From: Lama guanicoe
Taxonomy: Eukaryota
Direction of reading: 5' to 3'
NCBI GenBank assembly: GCA_013239625.1
Contig: MU055609.1
Coordinates: 12,233,171 to 12,297,170, forward strand
Length of the DNA stretch: 64,000 nt
Below, in pieces: positions 1-38,700 of the stretch. Each line of letters opens with the position of its first letter. The first letter of the stretch is position 1. The translations under genes were made by a program, and so were the position numbers. A model generated the notes under the pieces. It worked only from the letters and a program-made list of their open reading frames with translations, searched no databases and was not told the origin of the DNA.

Positions 1-139
1 ATGGGGGGGAGGCAGGGCGGCCAGGGGAGCTGTTCAGAGAGGGGAGGGACTTGGCTAGGTCTCCCAAGCCTTCTTCACTCTCCAAACTTTCACCAAACTC
101 TTGGCCCCCGCCTCCCCGAAACCAAAACACAACTAGCTC

Positions 140-288
140 TGGAGGAGCGGCGAGCGGCGGCGCGGCGGGGCGGGCGGACTCACGGCAGCACTGAGCCTCA
201 GGAGGCTGATGCAACTTTCCCTTTAAGAAAACCACCTGGGTGCACCGCGGTGCGGACCCAGCAAGCCCGGGCCGGGGGCTGCAGCATG
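140..288 (+). other. SLC6A9: SLC6A9 non-coding exon 1 (GlyT1a leader); start position approximate
   Basis: Lies in a CpG island and ends at donor ATG|GTAAGG (289). Sequence resembles the recalled rodent GlyT1a 5'UTR, which continues into the exon starting at 5760 (acceptor TCTCCACAG). Confidence 0.7.
207..215 (+). promoter_or_regulatory. C/EBP-ATF response element (CARE/AARE) TGATGCAAC
   Basis: Exact match to the TGATGxAAx consensus; SLC6A9 is an established ATF4-induced gene. Confidence 0.7.
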
Positions 289-378
289 GTAAGGGGCTGG
301 GGGAAGGGGGCGCTGCGGCTGCGGCTGCGCCTCAGTCAGTCCTGCCGTCGGTCTGGGTGTTTGATGGCTCCGCGGGGC

Positions 379-386
379 TGTGTGTT

Positions 387-420
<34 letters not shown>
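379..420 (+). repeat. (TG)n(AG)n compound microsatellite
   Basis: Direct reading of the sequence. Confidence 0.95.
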
Positions 421-421
<1 letters not shown>

Positions 422-1323
422 TCACGCATGCATGCGGGCATCTGTGGGTAAGAGTGTGGGTGCACGCATGGGGATGTCTGTCTCGCCGGAAAGGTCGGGG
501 TAGGTGCGCGCGTCTGGGTGTCACCAGTGTCACCGAGGAGCTGAAGCGGGCAAGAAAGGTGGCGCTGGGCGAGGGGGCGCTCCGGAGGAGGGGGAGCTGC
601 GTGCCGACGCCGGTTCGGTCCCGGGCGACGGGCGCAAGGATGTGCCGGCAGTGCCGGAACCAAAGCGTCTGTCTGAGGCGCCAGTGGGTCTGCGCGCCGG
701 GGGCCTGCGGGCGACGAGAACCAGCGGGCCCGGTCTGTGCCCGGCATGCGAGCTCCGGCTTTCCATCTCCTCGCCCTGCCGGCCGGCCTGGCTGCCTATC
801 TGGTCCCTCCAGCCGGCCGGCTTCCCTATCTGCCCGCCCACTCGCCGGCCGGGTGCGGGTTCCCGCGCGCCTGCAGGTCCCGGGAAGCCGCGACAGGGAG
901 TCTCGGCGCCCTCGGGGTGTCTTTGTCCGCGGCTCCCGGCCACGGCTTTGGGAAGGGGCTATGCCCGTGGTGTTCTTTGGGGGCTGCTACCCCGGAAAGA
1001 ATCTGCGTCCTCCCCACCCCAGCCTTCATTCCGGGTGCACGTAGGGCGAGCCCGGGCGGCCGCAGGTGAGGGCAGGGGCCTAGCAGCCCGGGGCGCCCAC
1101 CCCTAGCCGGCGCCCCGCACCCCGCAGCCACTGCCGGGCGGGAGAAAGCGGCGGGGCCCGGGCAGGGAGGGAGGGGGGCTTTCCCGGAGGGCCGGGAGGG
1201 GCCGGAGCCGGCCCGGGGGAGGGGAAGGGGGCGGGGACCTGGGCGCCCCGGTACTTTTCCACCGCAGGGACCGGGGGCGGGGCCGCCGCCCCCTCACCAG
1301 CTCAGAGGCCCACACGTGGCGGC

Positions 1324-1332
1324 TGATGTAAC
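1324..1332 (+). promoter_or_regulatory. Second CARE/AARE-like element TGATGTAAC
   Basis: TGATGxAAx match with the same GGC 5' flank as the element at 207. Confidence 0.55.
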
Positions 1333-2459
1333 GGCCGCCCCCAACGCCTCGCACTCGGATTAAGGTGGACGCGCCCCGCTTCGAGGAATCGGGGCGCTCC
1401 AGGCGGTGCAGCAGCTCCGAAAGCGACCTCGCCTCTTCCTGCCGTTTTGGGGCCTCCTCTCAGCTTGCCGGCTGCTTCTTAAAGGAGCCGCGCCCCCTTT
1501 CGGGCCTGCTCTCGGCAGGCCACGCCCTTCGCGGGTCACTCTTAAAGGAGCCGCGTCCCTGACTGTCTGACAGCTCTTGTACACAGCCAGGTTCTGTTTC
1601 TTTGCTGAAAGCCTGATGCTGCGACCGCTAGGAGATAAAGGCTAGAGAGGGTGAGGAGTGGAGAAGTAGGCAAGGACCTAAGAGATTAAAGACCCTCAAA
1701 AGTGAGGGAGCATCAGAAGATTGGGACTAGTTACAGGAAGGGACTAATGGGTAGCACTGAGCACGCCTAAGTGTTTCCAAAGACCGCAGAAAAAACGCTC
1801 CCTTCCTCGGCCTACACTGCGACTGCGGCGGTACCCGCTCAGTGCCCAGCTTCGGGCACAGAGAAGAATCACACCTCTGCCCTAGATGATCTCTCCAGCT
1901 GGTGGGGAAAGCAGATTTGGACACAAATAACCATGCCGCAACGGCTGTGTGTGAGGAGCATGTTAATCAGATGTACACAGCGTGCTTTGTGTGTACCGTG
2001 GAAAGATTGACTGCAACTGGGAGGAGAAAAGAAGGCTTCCGGACGAGAATAGCATTGGGACAAGTTTTGAAGATGGGTAGGGTATATACAAAAGGAAATG
2101 GGGACAAGGGTGCTCAAAAAAGAGGGCAGGCATGAAGCAAGAACCCTCCGGGAAGGCTGGATAGGTGGCCCACAGGTGGCCACAAGTGGCCACAGGTAGC
2201 CGACCTTGGATCTAGGCAGAACTGAGGTCCCTCCCCTACTCCTACAGCCTATCCATACTCTCCATCACAGCGAATGGAGATTATGCTTCCTCCACTATCT
2301 TTCCTGGAAACTGTGAGGTCTATATCTACCTAGTGAGGACTCCAGGACTTGACTCTTAAAATTGATTGACCTGACAGTCCTGTTTGGAGGAGAGGCAAGA
2401 CTGAGCAATGAGACTGTAAAGGTAAGCCAGGGTCCTAAGACTACCCCCTTAGCATCGCC

Positions 2460-3340
2460 CTTCGGTGGCTCACAGACAACTCAAACGCAGCTCACTCAGT
2501 CCAGCTGATCTTCTCCCCATTCCAAACTTGCAGCCTCTCCAGCATTCCTGTCTCACATTGGCACTGGCTTCTTCCTATTACACCTCCAGAAACCAGAGAC
2601 CCCGCCTTACCCCTCAGCCCCCAAGTCCAATTCATCACCAAGTCCTGCCAAAGTTGCTTTCTATATTTTTCTCAAATTTGTGCATCTCTGTCCACCCCAT
2701 CACCACCTTCCTGATCCAAGTCCCCTCATCTCTGGCCTGGCCTATTCCTAACTGATATCCTCTCTTCCACCACCAGCTCCCTCCAGTCCTTTCTCCGCAC
2801 TAATCTAGGGTGATGTTTTCAAAGTGCACGCTCCATCAACTACTCCTCCTCACAACTACAACTCTGCTTTAAAGACTTCAGTAGCTGCCATTGCCCTCAG
2901 GATAAAAACCAAAACTGAGGCCCTGAAGACCCTGACGCTGCTTATCTGTCCACCTTCATCTTTGGCTGCTTTCTCCCTGGCTACGTGAGCCCCAGCCCAA
3001 TGGTCTTTCCACATATTATTTCATTTGTTTGAATCTCTCTTCCTCTTCTCTTCCTCACTATTGCCTAATTAACTCCCTCTGACTCTTAAACATCACTTCC
3101 TCAGGAAAGTACTCGGTAACTCTTAGACAAGGCCGAGTTCCCTTGGTGTAAAAAGACTCTTTCACTTTCACACCCTTTATCGAAGGCTTTACTGATACAC
3201 ATTTGAGTCACCAGTTTCATTTGTTCCCCCAGCCTGTAAGCTGCAGCAGGGCAGAGACTGAGGCATTTTTGATGCCCAGCACAGGTCTGACCCAGAGCAA
3301 GCCTAAAATAAATATTTGGGGAATAGATGAATTGAATTGT
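2460..3340 (+). mobile_element. LINE-2 (L2) fragment including 3' end
   Basis: L2-typical pyrimidine-rich motifs (caccttcctgatccaagtc...ggcctgg; ccattgccctcaggataaaaacc) ending in cccagcacaggtctgacccagag...ataaatattt...gaatagatgaattgaat. Boundaries approximate. Confidence 0.75.
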
Positions 3341-3549
3341 GGCCACCCCCAAATGCCTGCTGAACAATTTAGGCCATATCCTGTTGGCTGTGGAGAACTC
3401 CTGGAGAGAACTGGGGCTTTAGGGGTTGGGGGAAGATTAATGGATTGGAGGGAAGGAAAAAGTGGAGGACATGTAGTGGAGTCAAAAATGAAGCAGAAAC
3501 TTCCAACTTCAGCAGAACATACAAAGGAAGTAGGATTAGACCCACCTTC

Positions 3550-3670
3550 CAGACTGAGAAAACTGAGGCTCGGAGAGGTTAAGTAAATTGCTTGAATTCA
3601 CATACCTAGTGAGTGGCAGAGCCAGGTCCAGAGCCCAAACTCTTTATCACATGCTAAACTGACTCTGACC
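3550..3670 (-). mobile_element. MIR SINE fragment
   Basis: gagaaaactgaggctcggagaggttaagtaaattgc...cacatacctagtgagtggcagagccagg matches the MIR core. Confidence 0.85.
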
Positions 3671-5845
3671 CACTGCTGGTCAATGGTGGCCCATTCTAGG
3701 TTAGGGGCAGGTCTGGTGCCTGAGAAATGTGGATGCCCAACCCCTAGGAGAGGGCCTGGTGAACAGGTGGTACTTTTTGAATGGATGGATGGGGCCATTT
3801 AACAGAAATGACAGAGGCAGGAGAAAGAGCAGGTGCTTTACAACCAACTTGCTGTCTTGGAAGTCATAAAGCCGTCTTTTTTCCACTGATCTGTCCACAA
3901 GGACTGTATTTGCAGTGCTCAGGGATAGCACCCTGTACCCTAAGTTCCAAGACAGAATATCCTGTTTACTCACCTGACCAGAGGGCATATTCACAACCCA
4001 TGAGGTGACTCTTAATAATGCCATCTGCTGTCATTACTGTCATCATTGTCGTGATTATTTGTTGGCCGAAGAGAGAGAGCTTTGAGAACGTCAGATCTAC
4101 AGTTTACAGCTCAGAGGGAGGGGTGCTGTGAGTGAGGTGGACGAGGGTATGATCTTCTAGGGGAGCGCAACCCCTCTTATCCTGGCTGCCTCTAGAAGAC
4201 CAAAGCCATGAGCAGGGACCTTTTTAGGGACACCACACTGAGAGGCAGGAAGGCCAGCCTGGGTGACTAACCAAAGGGAAATGGCCACAAGTCACGTCCC
4301 CACTTGGCCCTGCCCTGAGGAGAAGGTTGTACAGAACACTGATGGCCAGGGCAGAAGCCTCAGGTGGCCCAGGGCTGGTTGGTATAGGCAAAGAACAGCT
4401 TCTTCCTCTTTTCTAGCCTTCCGATGACTTCCTGGGCCTGTGAGTGAGACATGGCCCTTGAGGTGGACGCAAGTTGGGCAGAGTGGCACCAAACAGCCTT
4501 GGGGGTAGAGTCTGCTCCCTGGGAGGACCCAGAGAAGATCCCAGAGGCAGAGCTGGATCCTTCCTGGGACCAGGCTCTGTGGAAGTTGAATGTCCTTGTC
4601 CATCTGACCCCGTGTTTTCCTCCAGGGGAGGAATTCTTTGAGGCTCCCCCAAGGTTGTTTCCTCTCCTGTGACCTGTCAAAAATTCCCCCCTCTTCCATC
4701 TGTGGCTGGCATTAAACCTGCATACAGCTGCATGCCACATGGCCAAGCCTCCCATCTGTCCCCAGCCCCATATTGCCTCTCAGAGGCTTCCTACAAGATC
4801 TCCAGCTGACTCAGACCCTCATTTCAAGGTTTCCTCCTTACCGGTTTATTTTCCTTCAACTCAGTTCCACCAACATTTCCTGCAAGATGAGTGCTGCCCT
4901 AGGTGCTGGGCACAGAGGAGTAAATGAAACACATCCAGCCCTTCAGGATTGGCCAACCTGTGGTTGACAGACTTATAAACAAATATGTCTAATATGAGTT
5001 GATAGGGACACTGGTAGAAGTCTGCACAACACAGAAAGGAGGAAGAAATTTGTTCATTCTGGGCTGAGGTCAGGGGAGTGTCAGGAAAAGCTACAGAGGA
5101 GAAGTGATACTTAAGCAGGGTCCTAAAGGATTTGTAGAATTTCACCTGGCGAATAGGAGCGAAGGTGCTAGGCAGGGGCCAGCCCAAGCAGGGATGGGGA
5201 GACATGCCCACACACGCTGTGTTTGGTGTGCCCAGAGCTTCTGGTCCAAGTTAGTGACATAACAACAAACCCAGCTGCCCTGGAGCCCGAGCTGTGTGGC
5301 AGCAGGATAGGGAAGGAGCATCCTGGCTGCCCGGCTAGGGTGAGGCTGAGGAGGTTGTGCTGATCCAAGCTGACTCCCTCTCAGGGGAAAGGTTGAAGCC
5401 ATTCATAGAGACGATGAAGGAATTGGACCCTGTCCCAGTTCTGTGTTCATTTTTTATCTTTTATAGAATTGGGCATCTGGAGAGTCAAAAATAGACCTTT
5501 GCCCATTGGGACAGGAAGCCTGGACACCAAGGGATCCAGGGGAAAGGTTGGAAGAAGAGTGAGGTGGGGGCTGGATGGAGGGTCATCCAGAAAGGAGCAA
5601 GATGGGAAATAGCCTGGTGGAGGGGGGCCAGGGCAGGAGGGAAAGAGGGCCTGCCAGCTGGTGATCCGGGCCCTGTACTGTCTGTTCTGGAGAGCCCTCA
5701 GGGCCACACGTCCTGGCCTTCCTGGGACAGGTCCTCACCTCACTCTACTCTCTCCACAGTTCTTGAGGCCCGAGCTCTGAAAGGTGCTAGAAGCTGAGCC
5801 TGTGAGTGTGGTCTGGGACCCCAGAGCCCCCAGCCCACTGCCGCC

Positions 5846-29811
<23,966 letters not shown>

Positions 29812-30859
29812 GCACAGCTGCCGGGGGAGTGCCCTACCCCTGCCCTGTGCTCCCACCACAGAGACTGGGGAGGCAGTGGACAAGTATCACTGCCTGCCCC
29901 CACAATGCCCTGGCCAGGGTGGCTCCTGTCACCTTGGCCACCACTGCTAGCGCGGTCATTCGTGCTCGTGTCCCTAGTGTTTACAGGTCCTTGGATGCCA
30001 AGATGGCAGCTGGGGGGTGTGGGCAATGGGAGGGTTGCTGGGGGGAGCCCAAAGCACTTTGAAGGGGGGGGAAATCTCAGGCCAGGTCCCCAGAGACCTG
30101 TGGGGCTTTACGTGGCCTCCGATGCCCTCACATTTTGCCCTGAGCTGAGGTTCTGGGTGGGCCCCCTACCTGTCCCTTTCCTTGAGCCTTCAGCCTCCTG
30201 ACCAGTGTTCCTGCCCTCAGAGCAGACCCCCGCCTCTACCCAGGCCAATTTGGATCTTCCTTCCTGGGGACAGGGTAAGGGGCCAGGGGGCTGTGCAGTG
30301 TTATGTGTCAGTCTGTGCTGCCCAGCCATTTGTCTGTGTAATTATTTTTGTAAAAACTGTCTTATCTGTGGTTGCCACCCCTTGCCCCTGGCCTCAGGCC
30401 CCATCCGTCTTCCGGGCCTGCCTGCACCTCACTCGGCTGCTCTGGGCTTTCTGCATCTCCTGCCAGCCAGCAGAGGCCCATGACCCCACAGCCTGCCCAA
30501 AGCACTCATTCCTGGGGGGTAGGGGTGGGTGATGCTCAGCAGGAGGTTGGAGCCCGGAGCCCTGGGGAAGGGGACCCTACCTGACACCCCCTTGCCCTTC
30601 CTCCACCAGGCTAAAGGCCCAGTCTTTCCAAACTGGGCTGCCCTTGTTAATGTGCCAAATGGCCCCAGCCCATGTGCCCCACCTCCTCTCTGGAGCCAGA
30701 GCTCCTTCCCCCAAGCCCTGCAGTGTCCGTTTGTCTGTCCTCTGTGCCCCTCTGTGCTGTGACAGCCCCAGAAGAGCCACCTCTAATCCTCTGTAGCAAT
30801 AACGGTGCGCCGCCCACCTTGCCCATCCGTGCACCACTAGGATTTTAAAGTCCATAGAT

Positions 30860-30868
30860 TTTAATGAA
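30860..30868. terminator. Overlapping candidate poly(A) signals: AATGAA (+, SLC6A9) and ATTAAA (-, CCDC24)
   Basis: TTTAATGAA; no canonical AATAAA seen on either strand between the two stop codons. Confidence 0.5.
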
Positions 30869-31170
30869 ATTTCTATTCCTGTCTCTAAGCAGCTGCTGTG
30901 CTTTATCTGGGTTCCCCCAGGGGAACAAGAGTCAGGGCTGAGATGAGACCTCTTCCCACCAGGCCTTTGAGGGATGCCTGGGAGGAGAAAGGCCAAAGGC
31001 TATGATGGTCAGACCTGGTGAGGGGGCGGGGTGACAGACAGCCTCGGGATCCTGCTGAGGGCTGATCCAAGACCAGATCTGAAGTGGGCTGGCTCACCGC
31101 AGCTGAGAGGTGGCAGCAGCAGATGGGGCGAATGCCAGCAGAAGCTGAAGCCTCTTTCCTGACTGACCCT

Positions 31171-34700
<3,530 letters not shown>

Positions 34701-35040
34701 AGCCGTGCTAGGTGGTTTTGGAGTCCCAACCATCCCCACCGCCCTGACCCCAAGCACCTTTCGGCTTTAGGGCAGGTGAAAGAACCATGAAATCTGAGTC
34801 CACTAGGTTTATTACTTCCCAGCCTCTTCTGGCCTGGAGGCAGCGGCAGGGTAAACTTTTCCGCGGTCCAGCCCGCGGAAGTCTAGCGAAAGGCTGCGCT
34901 TGAAGAGGCCTGGGGAACTAGAACAGCCCGGGGCAGACCCATAGGTAGGGCCAGGCGCTCTCCCACAACACACTCTGAGCCTGGGTTTAGGGATCCAGAT
35001 CCCATCAACAACAGACAAAGGGGCTGCTCCATTCACGTTT

Positions 35041-35046
35041 TTTACT
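35041..35046 (-). terminator. Variant poly(A) signal AGTAAA for B4GALT2
   Basis: The only PAS-like hexamer I found about 700 nt downstream of the stop; preceded by a UGUA element (TGTACA at about 35074). Confidence 0.55.
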
Positions 35047-35750
35047 AAAGCACCCACACAAGTTTCTGTGCAATGTACAAACACGAGCCGGCCCTGGGGC
35101 TACTGCCTTCTCTCTGAGAGGGGGAGGCGGGAACCAGATTGACTGATCCAAGCCCCACTCGCCCCCCATGCAAAGCCCAACCCCAAGATCCCAGACAGCG
35201 ACACAGCACCCCCTCTGGTCCCCTCCTGGGGCTGCTCCTCAGCAGGGGGCGCACTGGAGTTTGCCCCCTACAATGTTGAATGAAAAAGGTTTCCCCTCCC
35301 CTGGGAGCGTGGGGGATCCCCAGGTCTGAGAATTCCCCCTGGAAGCAACATTGCCCCTAGTCATACCTCCCACTCTTCCAGGCCCTAGGGGACTCAAGGG
35401 GGGGAAACTGAGGCACAGAGAGGTGGAGTGACCTGGCCCAGGCCACTCGGTGAGGCAGTGCAGGGGCTGGCCCAACCCTGACAGTGAGGTGGGGCTGGAC
35501 TAGGGAGGGAGGAGCAGGAAGAAGGGTTGACCCCATAGAGGGCCACACTTGAGGGGCCTGCCCAGGATGGAAGCCCCCCAAAGTAGGTTCTGAAACTTCC
35601 AGGTGCAGCTGGGGGCCTCCTGAAGACCCTCAGAAAACAGAGCCCACAGTCTCAGTCCTGCGGGATCCCCCACAGGGCAGCCGCCAGCCAGGCTGTAGGT
35701 CAGTCCTCTGGCAGGCAATCCTTGGCACTGGAAGCCTTTGTCCATTAGCG

Positions 35751-38700
35751 TCAGCCCCGAGGGGGCCATGATGGTGGCCGCCCAATGTCCACTGTGATAT
35801 TGGTGAAGAGCGGTTGCCGAGACACCTCCAAAACCTGGTACCGCACTGACCCAATGCCGTCCCGCTTCATGGTCAGCTTCGTGTTTTGAATCTTGGTAAA
35901 CCTAGATAGGATGGAAGTGGATCCAGATCAGGGCTCACCATCAAACCCAATAGAGATCACTGCGGCCAAGGCTCATGCCATCCTGGCTTCTTCCAGGGGT
36001 GACTTGGTTCTCCTTGCCACCCTTTCCACCCTCCACCTGCCTGGAGCCCTTTGGGTCTTGTATCTACCCTCACAACAAAGAGCTCACCCCCTTGAGTCCA
36101 GAATCATGACACCCTCACCAATCTTTCTCTCATCTCAGATCCAGACATGGGGCACTCTACCACCACCTCAATGCAACATGTCTTTATCAGATGCATTATC
36201 TTTACTCTCTGTGCCACCTTCTCTGTTCCTCATCCTTCAGTCACCCCGTCACCATCTATTTATGTGTCAGCCTACTCTAAGCACCAGGGACACAGCCATG
36301 AACAGGGCAGCAAAGTCTTTCCTCTCACAGCAAGACTGTTCCACTAAGAAACAGTGGTAATGGACAGGTAACACACAAGGAACACATCGGAGTGCTAAAG
36401 AAGACAGGAGAAGTGATTGCCATGGAAGGGGTAAGTATGGGACAATCAAGCTGACAGCAGGGGAAGAGCATTCCAGGCAGAGGTAACAGTACATGCTGAC
36501 CCTAAACTGGAAATGAGAATTTGCACAGCTGAGTGGCCAGAGCTTAATGGGCCAAGGAGAAAAACAGATTAAGATTAGCTTGGTGGTTAGAGCGTATATG
36601 GACAGGCCTCTGTAAATTAGAGGACGCAGTTTTTTTATTCTGTGAGTGAGAAGACACTGAAGGATTTTTAGCCCAGTTTGGGAGAAGGGAGGGACAGAGA
36701 ACATGAACTACTGAAGAGGGAAGATGGGAAACAGCTGGGCAAGATGACAGAGGCTGCACTAGGGCAGAGGAAAAGGGACACGCGGACGAGCTCATATATG
36801 TTTGGGGAGTGGCACTGATTGACCTGCTGATGGTATGGACATATACAGTGAGGGAAAGAAGAACCCAGGAGAACTCCTAGATTTGAGGCAAAAGCAACTA
36901 GGTAGATGAAACCAGCATCCACAGAGTTCCTTAAGCCAGAGACATCTTGCTAGCTTGCCACTTCCCCAGGCAAAGGCAGACATCACTGAGGATGGCACCT
37001 AGACGCCCTATTCCTGAAACGGGAGCATGGCTCCCGGCTTGTGCTTCCAGAGCTCCTCTCCCACCCTCATCCCAACTGTTTTGATCCTCCCAGTCCTGAG
37101 CTGAGTTCAGATCCCTCTCCAGAGCCAGACCAACACTGAGCTCTCCCCGTCAGATGCCCTCAAGCCCCTCTTTTCCCAGCCTGTCGACCCTGCCTTGCTC
37201 ACCACGGTTTTCATCTGAACTGCTTTTTCATCAACTCCCTGGACACCAGGTGCTTCCTGCTTCTGCCAAATATCAACCTCCCATAGTGCTACTGCCTCCC
37301 TCCGCACTCTTACGCCCTGGCTCCAGAGCAGAACATCCCTCCTGTTCCAGTGGAGGCACGGCAGCCTCATAGCCAGCATACCCCCTGGGCTCCATCGATT
37401 CCTTCGGGCTCAATCTGCTTCCTCCTGGTCCACCCAGCAGCCCTGCCAGCCCTTCACCTTCTTCAAACTCAAAGAGTGATCCTTCTTAATGTAAATCTCA
37501 TGATCATGCCCCTTCCCCACTGAAAGCCCTTCCATGACTCCTCAGCACCCCTGGACAAAAGTGAAACTCCCAGTCTGGGATCAGTATGGACCCCTCTCCC
37601 ATCCCTCCCAGCTTTCAGACTGTAATACCAAAGAGTTTCAGACTCTCAGCACATACAATGGACGTTTACATTCCAGACTCCCACACACACTATTCCTTTT
37701 ATCCAAACTGGCCTCCCCCATCAGCCTGGTGAATATAGCACTGTGCCCAAGGTAGGTGTATGACAAATATCTGCAGAATAAATAACTCTTTTCAAACCCC
37801 TATTGACCATCACCTCCTCCAGGAAGCCTCCCACCATCACTCCCTTTTGTCAGGACAGCACCTTGCCCTGATCACCTTGTGCTGTAGCAGCCTGTCTTCC
37901 TCTTAGAATGAACTTCACGTGGGCTATCCAACAGAGATTGGGTATGACTGCTCTGGGCCCCCTCACCCCATCTAATGTCACGTGCCCTCCCAGGCATTCT
38001 CCCAGCCGGCACCAGACACCCAGTGTTGCTTCCTCCTCAGAAAGGAACCGCCTACTCCAATCTCAGACGGCTCAGCAATGTCTTTCCATTCCTGCCCCAT
38101 ACTGCCCAAGCCACCTTTGTTGGGTCCCGAGGCCCAGGAATTGTGCCCAGTGCCCACAGTCTCTCATCCTATCTGCTCTGGCACAAGTGAGGTCTGTGGG
38201 GGCACCGAGAGGAATGCAATCTACTCAATGATGATTTAAGCCCTGCCCTTAAATTTTAGTTCTTTTTAGGAGTCAGGCCAGAGGAGAGTCTTCTGGGGTG
38301 AGGCTGAGCTGGGGACTGGGGAACAGGGATCAGGGCGCTGGGAGTCATCTCTAGGAGTCAAGGGTCAGGGGCCTTGGGATCACCTCGGGGGGTCAGTGGC
38401 ACTAGGGCATCACCTCTATGTAGTAAGGGTGGGTTGGGGTCAGGGGCGCTGGGGGTCACCTCTGAGGGTTGGGCTCGTTATGCTTGTCCCGGTCGTGCTT
38501 GATCATGCGGTAGCGGCCTATGCGGATGTCTGGGCGCGAGATCTTCATCCCAGTCAGGGAGATCCTGGGGACGGGGACAGATGGGCTGGAGCAGGTACCA
38601 GGAAGGGCAAAGGGCCCCACCCAGTCTATGCCACCCACTCTCGCACACCCAGTCTAGGCCCCAGCCCGTCCCTGCTCACCGGTTGAAGATGTCGTCATCC

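Larger units (their letters stand above)
130..1560. promoter_or_regulatory. CpG island / SLC6A9 GlyT1a promoter and first-intron regulatory region
   Basis: Very high GC and CpG density, several GGGCGG boxes, E-box CACGTG at 1313-1318. Confidence 0.85.

Noticed and set aside
1-1044. 347-aa ORF and other long overlapping ORFs at the window start
   Set aside because: GC-rich CpG-island sequence is stop-poor; the ORF runs through a (TG)n microsatellite and a splice donor and resembles no protein I know.
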